Positions 45,119 to 55,028 of a stretch of DNA of 64,000 nucleotides are shown piece by piece. How positions within the stretch are numbered: the first letter of the stretch is position 1; each line of letters opens with the position of its first letter. A program made the translations under genes and the position numbers. Source of the DNA: an uncultured Anaerolineaceae bacterium (GTDB taxonomy: Bacteria > Chloroflexota > Anaerolineae > Anaerolineales > Anaerolineaceae). Location: contig CAZBDC010000002.1 of NCBI GenBank assembly GCA_964490575.1, positions 20,698-84,697 of the forward strand, in the 5' to 3' direction. The notes below the pieces were generated by a model that did not search any database, was not told the origin of the DNA, and saw nothing but the letters and a program-made list of their open reading frames with translations.

Positions 45119-46024
45119 ATGACTACCAAGATCGAAAGCGGAATGATTTTTAACCACGCCGCAAGTGAAAGGGGCCGGTGGCTGGAATTGGCGCGCAAGA
45201 GCGGGCTGTTCACCCTCTTTCTGTTGTGCGCTATTGTGGTGTTCATCCTGGGAGACAATCACCAGACCACTTTCCCGACCAACCGCAACCTGTATTACGA
45301 GGGCGCAACCACGGCCTTCTTCCTGGCTGCTGCACTCATGCTCCGCCGTATGCCGCGGTTCCGGGATTACTGGTCCATTGCCTATGCATTTTTTACCGCC
45401 GCGGTGGCGATCCTGGTCACATCGCTGACGGTGGGCCTGCGCGAAGCGCTGTTCCAGGTGCTGGATGTCCGTCCCAACACCAACCAGGTGGCCGGGGCGG
45501 GCAAGGTGTTTGAGGCGTTCATGACCATCGGGACGATCTTGCTGCTCACCCGGCTGGCGGGGATGAAACTGGAAACGGTTTATGTGAAGCGGGGCAACCT
45601 GAGGTTGGGTCTGCTCATTGGGTTGGGTACGCTGTTGAACTTCATGACTTCTTCGCTGATGTTCAATGCTTCGGCCTACCCCAGCCTGGAAAAATTCGTT
45701 TCCGCCATCCTGTGGGGATTGGTCTTCTCGCTCTTCAACGGTTTTTTGGAAGAACTGTGGCTGCGAGCGCTGTTCCTGAAGAAGCTGGCGCCGGTGTTGG
45801 GTGTGCGAACCTCCATCGTGCTGACCTCGCTGTGGTTCGGGTTGTTCCACGTGAGCGGGCTGATGTACATGCAGCCAGAAGCCGTTCCGTTCTACATACT
45901 CAACACCTTCACCTTTGCGGCTGCCTGGGGATACCTGATGCACAAAACCGACAGCTGGATTGGCCCGGGTCTCATGCACGCCGCATCAGATTTCTTCCTG
46001 TTTATCGTGCTGCTCAGCAAATAA
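45119..46024 (+). CDS. CPBP family intramembrane endopeptidase
   Basis: FLEELWLRALFLKKL, LWFGLFHVSG and MHAASDFFL are all present. Confidence 0.8.
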   Translation: MTTKIESGMIFNHAASERGRWLELARKSGLFTLFLLCAIVVFILGDNHQTTFPTNRNLYYEGATTAFFLAAALMLRRMPRFRDYWSIAYAFFTAAVAILVTSLTVGLREALFQVLDVRPNTNQVAGAGKVFEAFMTIGTILLLTRLAGMKLETVYVKRGNLRLGLLIGLGTLLNFMTSSLMFNASAYPSLEKFVSAILWGLVFSLFNGFLEELWLRALFLKKLAPVLGVRTSIVLTSLWFGLFHVSGLMYMQPEAVPFYILNTFTFAAAWGYLMHKTDSWIGPGLMHAASDFFLFIVLLSK

Positions 46025-46169
46025 AACTCGGGGACTCCTCGGAGAACTTACGGGACCCAAAAATGTAAGGGGATGCTCGATAAGACATCGGCAGCCCCAG
46101 TTCTGAAAATTGTGGATTGAAGCAGTCGATCTGGCTCCTGTTATAATCCGGGAAGCACACATCCGATTT

Positions 46170-46233
46170 TGAAACTTGGGTTGTTTGATGCCAGCGGCGC
46201 AGTCACCCGTACAAAACGAGCAAAGTCCGAATT
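46170..46233 (-). repeat. Palindromic intergenic repeat, copy 3 (inverted orientation, degenerate second arm)
   Basis: The reverse complement TTCGGACTTTGCTCGTTTTGTACGGGTGAC aligns to TTCGGACTTCGTTTGTTTTGTGTGGGCGAC of copy 2. The distal arm has diverged. Confidence 0.6.
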
Positions 46234-46287
46234 ACTTATCGTTATTCGCGAAATGCTCTTTCATGAGCAGGATCAAGAGTTCCAAGG

Positions 46288-47058
46288 ATGAAAACAGGTG
46301 AAGAATGGATGGGCGGCAATATGTCGGCGGTCTGGCGGGTGGGGAAGACCGTCCGGCGTGAAGCGGGTCCGTGGACCGGGCAGGTTCAGCGCCTGCTCGC
46401 GCATCTGCGCTCCAAAGGCATCACTTATGTTCCTGAGCCGCTGGGAATGGATGATGAAGGACGAGAGATCCTTTCTTACCTTCCTGGGATGGTTGGGACA
46501 AGCCCGCTGGCTGAGGCGCTGCGTGGAGACGAGGTCATCGCGCGGGCAGCCGCCATGCTGCGCGAGATGCACGACGCCACCACCGATATCGCCGAAACCT
46601 GGAGTACAGGCTGGCGGGCAGCCACGCGTGAGCCGGTTGAGGTGATTTGCCACGGCGATTTTGCCCCGTATAACTGTTTGTTTATCGAAGATCAGCTGGT
46701 TGGGGTGATTGATTTCGACTTTGCCCACGCGGGGCCGCGGGAATGGGACCTGGCGTATGCGCTGTATCGTTTTGTGCCCCTATCTGACCCGGTCATGTCG
46801 GAGGGGTTTGGAACGCCAGAGGACCAGGCGCGCAGGTTGCGGCTGTTTTGCGACCTGTATGGGCTCGACGAGCGTTCCCGGGTATTCGGCTACATTATGG
46901 CCCGCATTCAATCCATGGTCGACTTTCTGCTGGAAGGGAAGGCGCTGGGCGATCCCCGCAGGATTGCCAATATTGCGGCAGGACACCTGGGGGTGTATCA
47001 GCGCGACCTGGCGTACGTGGAAAAGAACCGGGCGCTTTTCGAGTCCGTGTTGGTGTAG
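46288..47058 (+). CDS. Phosphotransferase-family kinase (APH / aminoglycoside phosphotransferase-like)
   Basis: Catalytic loop ICHGDFAPYNCLF and VIDFDFAHAGPREWDLAYAL. An alternative start at 46309 is preceded by AGGTGA. Confidence 0.8.
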   Translation: MKTGEEWMGGNMSAVWRVGKTVRREAGPWTGQVQRLLAHLRSKGITYVPEPLGMDDEGREILSYLPGMVGTSPLAEALRGDEVIARAAAMLREMHDATTDIAETWSTGWRAATREPVEVICHGDFAPYNCLFIEDQLVGVIDFDFAHAGPREWDLAYALYRFVPLSDPVMSEGFGTPEDQARRLRLFCDLYGLDERSRVFGYIMARIQSMVDFLLEGKALGDPRRIANIAAGHLGVYQRDLAYVEKNRALFESVLV

Positions 47059-47154
47059 CGCTTCACGGTGCTAGCCCGCCCGACTCGCTTAGAAAGGGGT
47101 ATAATTCAATCCGGAATGGTTTGAGTATCCAATAAACTTGTTGGAGCGGATAAA

Positions 47155-48579
47155 ATGGATGACCTTATCGGTACGAGCAGTGACCAACCGATCAATGATG
47201 GGGAAGGTGTTTTGGGAGGGGCGCCAAAGCGGGATATTTTCACCAGCAACCTGGGGGTGATTGCCGCCACGTTGGGTTCGGCGGTTGGCCTGGGCAATAT
47301 CTGGAAGTTTCCCTACCTCACTGGCGTTAACGGCGGCGCGGCTTTCATCATCGTATATATTTTATGCACGCTGTTTGTGGGGCTCCCGGTGATGATCTCG
47401 GAGCTGCTGATCGGACGGAGAGCGCGCGCCAACGCGGTCACCTCCCTGCAGACTCTGGCGCCTAAAAAACAACCCTGGTGGCTGGTGGGCGTGATGGGTG
47501 TGCTGGCGGCATTCTTAATCCTGGCATTTTATACCGAAGTGGCGGCCTGGGTGTTTGCCTATGTGTTTAAGTCGCTTGCTGGCGGGCTGGTTTCAACCGA
47601 TCCCGCAGTGACCTCGGCGGCGTTCAACAGCCTGGTTTCCAGCCCGCTCCAGTCCCTGCTGTGGCAGTGGATTGTCCTGGCGCTGATCGGTTTCATCATC
47701 ATCCTGGGGGTTTCCAAGGGAATTGAAAAAGCCACCAAGCGGCTGATGCCGGTGCTTTTTGGCCTTCTGGTGATCATTTGCATCCGCAGCCTGACTCTGC
47801 CGGGCGCCGCGGAGGGAGTAAGTTTCCTGCTCCAGCCCAATTTCAGCCTGCTCACCCCCGCGGTCGTGCTGACGGCAATGGGGCTGGCGTTCTTTAAGCT
47901 ATCCGTTGGGATGGGCACGATGATTACCTACGGCAGTTACTTCCGTGAAGATCAGAATATCCCCGGTACTGCCATCCGGGTCATGCTGGCGGACCTGAGC
48001 GTTTCGCTGCTGGCTGGCCTGGCGATCTTTCCGGCTGTGTTCGCTTTTGGCTTCAAGCCAGAGACCGGCCCTTCCCTGGTGTTTGTTACCATCCCGGCTG
48101 TGTTCGCCTCGATGCCGATGGGTAACGTGTTCATGGCGTTGTTCGCGATTCTCACGGCAATTGCAGCCACGGGCGCGATGCTCTCACTCCTGGAAGTGCC
48201 GGTGGCTTTTCTGGAGGAACGCACCCGGCTTTCACGCAAGTGGGCCACCGTGGTTACCGTATTCCTCCTGGCGATCATCGGCTCGACCGCGGCTCTTTCG
48301 AACAGCCTGCTGGCAAACGTCAAGATGTTTGGTTTGAATTTCTTTGACCTTTACGACTTTATCTCCTCGAACATTCTGCTGCCGGTGGGCGGCCTGTTCC
48401 TGGCGGTGTTTGTGGGCTGGTCCTTGGGGCTGTCCAGGGTCAAGCAAACCTTATCCAACCATGGCGTGATCAAGAATGATGTGATCGTCAGCGTGTTCTT
48501 CAACGTCGTACGTTTTTTCACCCCCATTCTGGTGATCCTGATCCTCCTCAACAGCCTGGGCATTATCAACCTGGGGTAG
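47155..48579 (+). CDS. Sodium-dependent transporter, SNF (neurotransmitter:sodium symporter) family
   Basis: GSAVGLGNIWKFPYLTGVNGGAAF at the N-terminus and about 11-12 TM helices. Confidence 0.9.
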   Translation: MDDLIGTSSDQPINDGEGVLGGAPKRDIFTSNLGVIAATLGSAVGLGNIWKFPYLTGVNGGAAFIIVYILCTLFVGLPVMISELLIGRRARANAVTSLQTLAPKKQPWWLVGVMGVLAAFLILAFYTEVAAWVFAYVFKSLAGGLVSTDPAVTSAAFNSLVSSPLQSLLWQWIVLALIGFIIILGVSKGIEKATKRLMPVLFGLLVIICIRSLTLPGAAEGVSFLLQPNFSLLTPAVVLTAMGLAFFKLSVGMGTMITYGSYFREDQNIPGTAIRVMLADLSVSLLAGLAIFPAVFAFGFKPETGPSLVFVTIPAVFASMPMGNVFMALFAILTAIAATGAMLSLLEVPVAFLEERTRLSRKWATVVTVFLLAIIGSTAALSNSLLANVKMFGLNFFDLYDFISSNILLPVGGLFLAVFVGWSLGLSRVKQTLSNHGVIKNDVIVSVFFNVVRFFTPILVILILLNSLGIINLG

Positions 48580-48609
48580 GTTACGCAGCCAGTTTTCCCG
48601 ATTATTTTG

Positions 48610-48637
48610 TTGACGAATTTCTGCGTTTGGATAAAAT
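48610..48637 (+). promoter_or_regulatory. Putative promoter TTGACG-16-TAAAAT for the ECF transporter operon
   Basis: The hexamers lie about 55 nt upstream of the ATG at 48690, which has an AAGGAGG RBS. Confidence 0.4.
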
Positions 48638-48689
48638 GAAAAGTATCCAATCGGATGAATTCATTTGGCAACTTCAAGGAGGAAGGAAA

Positions 48690-49247
48690 ATGAAAGACTT
48701 ATTCAAGGTGACCACGCGTACCATCGTTGCCACCGGGCTGGGCGCGGCGATTTTTACGCTGCTGTTCATGTACGTCAAAGTCCCCTCGCCTGTTCCTGAA
48801 ACCAGTTTCCAGACCGCCTATGGGTTGAGCGCGTTCTTCGCGACCCTGTTTGGCCCAATTGCCGGCGCATTGATCTCTTTCATCGGGCATGCGCTCAGCG
48901 ACGCCATTCAATACGGCTCACCCTGGTGGAGCTGGGTAATCGCCAGCGGCGTGTCTGGCTTTATTTTTGGCTTTGCTTTCAAGCGCACTCGGGTCGAAGA
49001 GGGTGAGTTCACTGGTAAAGATATCCTCACCTTCAACATCATCCAGGTGATCGGCAATGCTATCTCCTGGATCCTGGTGGCCCCTGTGCTCGATATTCTC
49101 ATTTACCAGGAGCCGGTCAACCTGGTCTTCACCCAGGGCATTACTGCCGCGATTATGAATTCCATCAGCGCCGGTGTGATCGGCACTTTGCTGCTGATCG
49201 CTTACGCGGCCACCCGGACCAAAAAAGGTAGTTTGAGCAGAAAGTAG
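48690..49247 (+). CDS. ECF transporter substrate-specific (S) component, UPF0397-like
   Basis: MKDLFKVTTRTIVATGLGAAIF...FGPIAGALISFIGHALSDAIQYGSPWWSWVIASG. The start was chosen for its strong RBS; the listed start is 48627. Confidence 0.8.
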   Translation: MKDLFKVTTRTIVATGLGAAIFTLLFMYVKVPSPVPETSFQTAYGLSAFFATLFGPIAGALISFIGHALSDAIQYGSPWWSWVIASGVSGFIFGFAFKRTRVEEGEFTGKDILTFNIIQVIGNAISWILVAPVLDILIYQEPVNLVFTQGITAAIMNSISAGVIGTLLLIAYAATRTKKGSLSRK

Positions 49248-49298
49248 GGCGAATTAAGGCCCTGCCGCCCCGCCTTTTGGTTTTGTCTTGCGCTTTGC

Positions 49299-49344
49299 GA
49301 AAGCTCAGACTCGCGGTGTGTGAAAGAGTCTGAGCTTTCTTTCC
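49299..49344 (+). terminator. 14-bp perfect hairpin plus TTTCC between the S-component and ATPase genes (attenuator or partial terminator candidate)
   Basis: GAAAGCTCAGACTC-N13-GAGTCTGAGCTTTC followed by TTTCC. Confidence 0.45.
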
Positions 49345-49410
49345 ATCAAACATCTGATCCAGGTATTTCGGCAGGATGCGCTGCGAGGCCTGGGAACCGC
49401 GCCGGACCTT

Positions 49411-51120
49411 ATGGACTCACAACCAGTTATCGAGTTTACAAACTTTTCATTTCAATACTTCAGCCAGGCAGAACCTACCCTATACGACATCAATCTGAAG
49501 ATTCACCCCGGTGAAAAGATCCTGATTGTCGGTCCCAGCGGGAGTGGAAAAAGCACGCTGGGGCATTGCCTGAATGGACTGATCCCCTTTTCTTACAGGG
49601 GCGAAATACAGGGGAGTTTGAAAATCAACGGGCTTGAAACCCGCACGCTCGATATCTTTAAATTATCGAAAATGATCGGCACGGTGCTGCAGGATTCCGA
49701 TGGCCAGTTTGTCGGGCTGACGGTGGGTGAAGATATCGCCTTCGCATTGGAAAATGATAATGTACCCCGGGATCAAATGCACGCACGGGTGCGCAGTGTC
49801 GCCCAGATGGTGGATATGGAGAACTGGCTGAACTCTTCTCCCTTTGAACTGTCTGGCGGGCAGAAACAGCGCACTTCGCTGGCGGGTGTGATGATCGATG
49901 AAGTTGAGATTCTGCTCTTCGATGAGCCGCTGGCCAACCTTGACCCCGCTACCGGCAAGACCGCCATCGAGATCATCGATGATATCCACAAGCAGTCTGG
50001 CAAGACGATTATCATCATCGAGCATCGCCTCGAAGATGTGCTTCACCGGGATATTGACCGGGTGATTGTGATTAACGATGGCCGGATCATCGCGGATATG
50101 GACGCGCACGCGCTGGTCGCCTCTCCGATCCTGCGGGAGATCGGGATCCGCGAACCCCTGTACGTCACCGCGCTGAAATATGCTGGCGTAAAGGTGACCG
50201 AGGAAATGCGGGCAGGGCAGATCGAGACCCTGAGAGCAGAATTCTCCCGGGAAGCGCTCCAGTCATGGTACGGGGGCATTCTCGCGAAGGAGCGCCTGAA
50301 CACTCACTCATCGATCCTCAAGATGGAAGATGTCTCCTTCTCTTACGATGGGATCCGACCAGTGTTGTCGGATATCAGTTTTGACATTCTTGAGGGTGAA
50401 ATGGTCTCCATTGTCGGTAAAAATGGGGCAGGGAAATCGACCCTCTCGAAACTGCTGTGCGGTTTTGAAAAGGAAGACCGGGGCAGGATTCTATACCGTG
50501 GGGAAGACATCAAAGACCAGTCCATCAAGGAACGGGCTGAAATTATCGGGCTGGTGATGCAAAATCCCAACCAGATGATCTCCAAACCGATGATCTTTGA
50601 TGAGGTGGCCCTGGGGCTGCGCCTGCGCCAGGTGCCGGAAGATGAAATTACCACCCGGGTAGAGAAAGTTTTGAAAATCTGCGGGCTTGCGCCCTTTATC
50701 GATTGGCCGATCTCGGCCTTAAGCTACGGGCAGAAAAAACGCGTCACCATCGCGTCGATCCTGGTGCTGGATCCAAAAATTCTCATCCTCGATGAACCCA
50801 CTGCTGGCCAGGATTTTCGCCATTACACTGAGATCATGGAATTCCTGGTGGAGATAAACCGGCTGGGGGTGACGATTATTTTGATCACTCACGATATGCA
50901 CCTGATGTTGGAATATACCCCGCGCGCGATTGTGCTGGCTGGCGGGCGAAAAATTGCGGATACGGCTGCCTCTGTGGTTTTGACGGACGCACAGATCATC
51001 GCGGAAGCGAACCTGAAGGAGACCTCGTTGTTTGCCCTCGCTCACATGGCAGGCATCGAGGACGGCACCCGGTTTGTTCAGGGTTTCATTGATTACGAAC
51101 GGAGCTTGAAAAATCGATGA
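49411..51120 (+). CDS. ECF transporter fused double ATPase (EcfA-EcfA')
   Basis: Two ABC cassettes: GPSGSGKST / SGGQKQR / LLFDEP and GKNGAGKST / SYGQKKR / LILDEP. Confidence 0.9.
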   Translation: MDSQPVIEFTNFSFQYFSQAEPTLYDINLKIHPGEKILIVGPSGSGKSTLGHCLNGLIPFSYRGEIQGSLKINGLETRTLDIFKLSKMIGTVLQDSDGQFVGLTVGEDIAFALENDNVPRDQMHARVRSVAQMVDMENWLNSSPFELSGGQKQRTSLAGVMIDEVEILLFDEPLANLDPATGKTAIEIIDDIHKQSGKTIIIIEHRLEDVLHRDIDRVIVINDGRIIADMDAHALVASPILREIGIREPLYVTALKYAGVKVTEEMRAGQIETLRAEFSREALQSWYGGILAKERLNTHSSILKMEDVSFSYDGIRPVLSDISFDILEGEMVSIVGKNGAGKSTLSKLLCGFEKEDRGRILYRGEDIKDQSIKERAEIIGLVMQNPNQMISKPMIFDEVALGLRLRQVPEDEITTRVEKVLKICGLAPFIDWPISALSYGQKKRVTIASILVLDPKILILDEPTAGQDFRHYTEIMEFLVEINRLGVTIILITHDMHLMLEYTPRAIVLAGGRKIADTAASVVLTDAQIIAEANLKETSLFALAHMAGIEDGTRFVQGFIDYERSLKNR

Positions 51121-51953
51121 ACCTGAAAATGAAGATCTTCTCGTACAATATCGCCGACACACCCATTCACCGGCTGTCCGGGTTGACCAAGCTGGTCTGC
51201 TTCCTGTTTCTTACCTTTGCTGTGATGTATTCCTATGATATCCGGGTCATCCTGAGCGTGATGGTGTTTTCCATCTTTCTCATGCGCAAGTCGCTGATCC
51301 GCTTTTCGCAAATCCGCTTGATGGTCATTTATGTGCTGATCTTCCTGGTTACGAACGCGGTGATCAGCTTTTTCTTCTCCCCAGAATATGGGGTGAGCAT
51401 CTACGGCACCCGCCATGAGTTTGCGCGGATCTTTGGCATTTCGCTCACTTATGAGCAGTTGTTCTACCAGGTGACCAAGTTTTTCAAGTACGCCTCCGTG
51501 GTCCCCTTGGGTATGATCTTCCTGCTGACGACCAACCCCAGCGAGTTCGCATCGTCATTGAACGGCATCGGGGTGAACTACAAAGCTGCTTATGCCGTGT
51601 CTTTGACGCTGCGGTATTTCCCGGATATTCAGCGCGATTATCATGACATCTACCTGGCCCAGCAGGCGCGGGGTTTGGAGCTTTCGAAAAAGGCCAGGTT
51701 CTTCGACCGCTTTAAGAACTCGCTGCTGATTGTGATCCCGCTCATCTTCTCAACCCTGGATCGCATCGAGCTGATCAGTAATGCCATGGACCTGCGCGGC
51801 TTTTCAAAGAGCAAGACCCGCACCTGGTATACATCGCGCAGGCTGTCCCGGCAGGATTTTGTGGCCCTGGGTGTTTCAGCCCTGATCTTTGCGGCGACAG
51901 TGTGTGTTTCCATTTTCATCAACCGCAGCCGTTTTTACAACCCATTCATTTAG
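51117..51953 (+). CDS. ecfT: ECF transporter transmembrane (T) component
   Basis: Its start overlaps the ATPase stop as ATGA. The C-terminal region carries ARG..L and AMDLRGF motifs typical of EcfT/CbiQ. Confidence 0.85.
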   Translation: MNLKMKIFSYNIADTPIHRLSGLTKLVCFLFLTFAVMYSYDIRVILSVMVFSIFLMRKSLIRFSQIRLMVIYVLIFLVTNAVISFFFSPEYGVSIYGTRHEFARIFGISLTYEQLFYQVTKFFKYASVVPLGMIFLLTTNPSEFASSLNGIGVNYKAAYAVSLTLRYFPDIQRDYHDIYLAQQARGLELSKKARFFDRFKNSLLIVIPLIFSTLDRIELISNAMDLRGFSKSKTRTWYTSRRLSRQDFVALGVSALIFAATVCVSIFINRSRFYNPFI

Positions 51954-52076
51954 ACCTCACTGCATAACTGACACGGCTGTGGAAATTGCTAAAAGTTTTC
52001 TCAAAACAAGTACCAAAACAGAATACTTCCAGGCAGAAGTCGTGGTCCCGGCGGATTGCCCGGCCCTGGGCGAATG

Positions 52077-52550
52077 TCATTGACTCATTTTGCGCAAAAC
52101 CTCAAACAGGATCTGCGTGCCCAGGCGTAAGTTATCGATCGAGATACGTTCGTCGATGCCGTGAAAACGCGCGAGTTCTCCGGGATCAATGATGGCAGGG
52201 AACAACCCGTAGCTGTTCACGCCCTTGCGGCGGAAGAAGCACGAGTCGGTGGTGCCAGGAGTCAGCAGGGGGACCGCGAGGCTGTCGGGGACCAATTCCC
52301 GCAGTACACCCGAAAGCGTGTGGAAAAACTCGGCGTTCGTATCTGAAACCCTGGCCGGTTTGGGAGAATGAATGATAGAGGGTTTCCGGTGCCCCATTTT
52401 CAACAGGTTGACGCGATCGCTGAGCAGGCCGATGAGAATTTTGAGGATGAAGGGAATGAGGGTAATACCGCCGACAATGCCGATCAATGCGAAAGACAGG
52501 TCAAAAGAACGCAGGTAATGAAGCTGATATTTGAAGCCTTCCTTTCTTCT
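52077..52550 (-). pseudogene. Chimeric remnant: an MFS (BT1/AmpG-like) TM fragment fused in frame to the C-terminal ~95 aa of an M20 metallopeptidase
   Basis: The frame opens directly after the GT1 stop codon. ...SFDLSFALIGIVGGITLIPFILKILIGLLSDRVNLLKMGHRKP is the MFS loop-2 signature. It is joined to ...DTNAEFFHTLSGVLRELVPDSLAVPLLTPGTTDSCFFRRKGVNSYGLFPAIIDPGELARFHGIDERISIDNLRLGTQILFEVL, an M20 C-terminus. Only a TTG start is available. Confidence 0.55.
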
Positions 52551-53798
52551 TTACAATTGAGCCTGTTCTTCGATCAGGGAGACCGCCTGTCCAACGCCGT
52601 CCTCGGCGCGGATCAATGCGCCAATTTCTGCAGCTCGCCGGCGGAGCGCTTCTGAATCAGCCTGTCTGAGCGCGGCTGCCAGTTTTTCGGCGGTCAACCG
52701 GCGTACCGGAACAGGCTGTGGCCCGGCGCCAATCGCCGCGACCCGGCTGCCCCAGAAGGGCTGGTCGGTGGTGTGCGGGACGAGGATGGATGGCACGCCT
52801 GCCCGCAACCCGGCGGCGGTGGTGCCCGCACCGCCGTGATGGACAACTGCCCGGCAGCGTGGAAACAGCCAGTCGTGTGGGGCCGAGTCCAGGAACAGGG
52901 CGTGTCCGGGGGGATTCTCAGGCTGCCAGCCGCCCCAGCCGGTCAGGAAAACCGCCCGGCTCCGGGTGCTTTGGATTGCGTCCAGGGCCGCGCGGGCGGT
53001 GCGTTCGGCCTCGCGGGTGACTGTGCTCCCGAAGGTGATGCAGACCGGCGGGTCGCCCGCCTCCAGAAACCGGCTGAGCGCTTCCGGCGGTTGGTAGTCC
53101 GGGTGATCCAGGAAGAAGTATCCGGGCAGGTGGATATGGGGCAGGTTCCAATCGGCCGGTTTCGCGAGCGCAACCGGGCTGCAGGCGAATATCAGCGGGG
53201 TCACCGGGCGGTCCCGGCTGGGGGAAAATGGCCAATACAGCCGGGCAGGGAAGTCAGCCGACGCGCTGCGGCGCAGCCGGGAGTAGCTGGCGTTGCCCCC
53301 ATGCCAGTACACCTGCGTGGACAACCAGTGGCTGAAATAATTCAACCCTGCTGGCCAGCCCGCCGGCATTCCAATCGCGGGGAAAGAACGGGTGGGGGCG
53401 AAGACCGGGAACAACTGCACCGAAACATCCGGGATGCCAAGCTCGCGCGCATAACTGTGCGCGCCGGTGGTGAATAAAAAGCTGTGCACGAGCAGGTCGG
53501 CGCCTTGCAGGGCCTTGCGGGTGCTCCTCACCACATCCGGCGCGACCTGGAAAACATGCTCCAGCATACTCTTTACCAACCGGTAGAAGTTGCTGCCGGC
53601 GTCGTTGAAGAGCCGGCTGAGCTCGTCTGGTGAGCCGGGCAGGGGCGCGCAGCGTACCCTGTAATGCTGGATGAAGTCGGTAAACCGGTGCGGCGCCGCG
53701 AGCGTAACCGTGTGACCAGCGTTTTGCAATCCAACTGCCAGGGCCAGGAAGGGCTGCACATCGCCGCGCGAACCGTATGTCAGAATCGTAATGTTCAT
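52551..53798 (-). CDS. Glycosyltransferase family 1 (UDP-glycosyltransferase, MGT/sterol-glucosyltransferase-like)
   Basis: The N-terminus is MNITILTYGSRGDVQPFLALAVGLQNAGHTV. The C-terminal UDP-sugar block is HHGGAGTTAAGLRAGVPSILVPHTTDQPFWG. The ATG at 53798 is preferred to the listed TTG at 53834. Confidence 0.85.
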   Translation of the reverse strand: MNITILTYGSRGDVQPFLALAVGLQNAGHTVTLAAPHRFTDFIQHYRVRCAPLPGSPDELSRLFNDAGSNFYRLVKSMLEHVFQVAPDVVRSTRKALQGADLLVHSFLFTTGAHSYARELGIPDVSVQLFPVFAPTRSFPAIGMPAGWPAGLNYFSHWLSTQVYWHGGNASYSRLRRSASADFPARLYWPFSPSRDRPVTPLIFACSPVALAKPADWNLPHIHLPGYFFLDHPDYQPPEALSRFLEAGDPPVCITFGSTVTREAERTARAALDAIQSTRSRAVFLTGWGGWQPENPPGHALFLDSAPHDWLFPRCRAVVHHGGAGTTAAGLRAGVPSILVPHTTDQPFWGSRVAAIGAGPQPVPVRRLTAEKLAAALRQADSEALRRRAAEIGALIRAEDGVGQAVSLIEEQAQL

Positions 53799-54122
53799 AG
53801 AAACCGCCGGAAAAGAATCGATGATTCCATTCAACCAAACCAGAAGGTCGTATTGTACCGGATACCGAAGCGAAATCCAATCATTCCGTATCTGTTTTGC
53901 GAAAATCCCTGGCAGAGATGCGGCCCTCCCTCCGGTTGCTCATTATCCAGGCAGGCCCTCTATTTCCCCAGGGGTTCACAAAGATTGTACATCGTGTCGG
54001 TTCGTATAATGTGGTCGGGTAAAATTACTGCAATAAGATCGTGGAGCTTCATCCATACAGGGATGGCTACCTGGCAAAAATATGAACCTGGCCGTGGCAG
54101 CGGCAGGCAACCTGGGGTGACT

Positions 54123-54851
54123 ATGAATCAAAAAGTAATTATTTACGGCGGAACGGGCGGCATCGGTTATGCCACCGCTAAGCTTCTCCGGGAGCGCGGT
54201 TATGATCTGCACCTGGTAGGGCGCAGCCAGGACAAGCTGATGGACAGCGCGGGCCAACTCGGCGCGAGTTACACGGCCGGCGACGTGAACGATCCGGGTT
54301 TATTTGCCCGGGTCGCCGCTGAGGCCGGAGATTCGGTCAGCGGCCTGGTCTATGCGGTGGGTACGGTCAACCTGCGCAGCCTTCAGCGCCTCACTGAAGC
54401 GGATTTCCTGAACGACTTCCGTGTCAACGCGGCCGGCGCTGCGCTTGCCATCCAGGCGGCCCTGCCTGCACTCAAACGCTCGGAAGGCAATGCTTCGGTG
54501 GTGCTTTTTTCAAGCGTCGCCGCGCTGCAGGGTTTTTCGCTCCACGCTTCGATCGGCATGGCCAAGGGCGCCGTGGTGGGGCTGACCCTGTCTTTGGCCG
54601 CTGAACTTGCGCCAAAGGTGCGCGTCAACGCCATCGCGCCTTCCATCACGCGCACCCCGCTGGTCGAGAGCATGTTGGCCAACGAGCAGATGAGCGCGGC
54701 GATCGCCGGGCTGCACGCCATGCAGCGCCTGGGCACGGCTAATGACGTTGCTTCGCTGGCTGCCTTTCTGCTTTCGCCAGATGCCGGCTGGATCACGGGC
54801 CAGGTGATCGGCGTAGACGGGGGCCGCTCGACGCTCCGAACCAAGAACTGA
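54123..54851 (+). CDS. Short-chain dehydrogenase/reductase (SDR)
   Basis: MNQKVIIYGGTGGIGYATAKLL (TGxxxGxG) and the SSVAA...Y/K-region equivalents. The long listed ORF starting at 53664 is an in-frame non-coding extension. Confidence 0.85.
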   Translation: MNQKVIIYGGTGGIGYATAKLLRERGYDLHLVGRSQDKLMDSAGQLGASYTAGDVNDPGLFARVAAEAGDSVSGLVYAVGTVNLRSLQRLTEADFLNDFRVNAAGAALAIQAALPALKRSEGNASVVLFSSVAALQGFSLHASIGMAKGAVVGLTLSLAAELAPKVRVNAIAPSITRTPLVESMLANEQMSAAIAGLHAMQRLGTANDVASLAAFLLSPDAGWITGQVIGVDGGRSTLRTKN

Positions 54852-54871
54852 TCCCTTTACGGGTGCCTGTC

Positions 54872-55024
54872 ATGCAGAAAAAGAGCCAGTTGGGCAGTAA
54901 AATATGTCCTGTGTGTGGGCGGCCCTTTTCCTGGCGGAAGAAATGGAGGCTAAACTGGGACAGCGTTCGGTATTGCTCGCAAAAATGCAGGCGAAATTCC
55001 AAAACTCACTCCATGGGCCTGTGA
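54872..55024 (+). CDS. DUF2256 small zinc-ribbon protein (50 aa; below the ORF-track cutoff)
   Basis: MQKKSQLGSKICPVCGRPFSWRKKWRLNWDSVRYCSQKCRRNSKTHSMGL. It shows the CPxCG...WRKKW...YCSxxC pattern. It lies 4 nt upstream of the photolyase-like gene. Confidence 0.7.
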   Translation: MQKKSQLGSKICPVCGRPFSWRKKWRLNWDSVRYCSQKCRRNSKTHSMGL

Positions 55025-55028
55025 TGGC

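Noticed and set aside
45062-45979. 305-aa ORF antisense to the CPBP gene. A similar case is 33436-34272, antisense to the first CPBP of the trio.
   Set aside because: The products are Gln/Arg/His/Glu-rich with no TM segments or motifs. The plus-strand products carry all three CPBP motifs.
53664-54122. 5' extension of the SDR ORF, listed as a 395-aa ORF from 53664
   Set aside because: The extension overlaps the GT1 gene on the other strand and the intergenic region. The SDR Rossmann motif begins right after the ATG at 54123.
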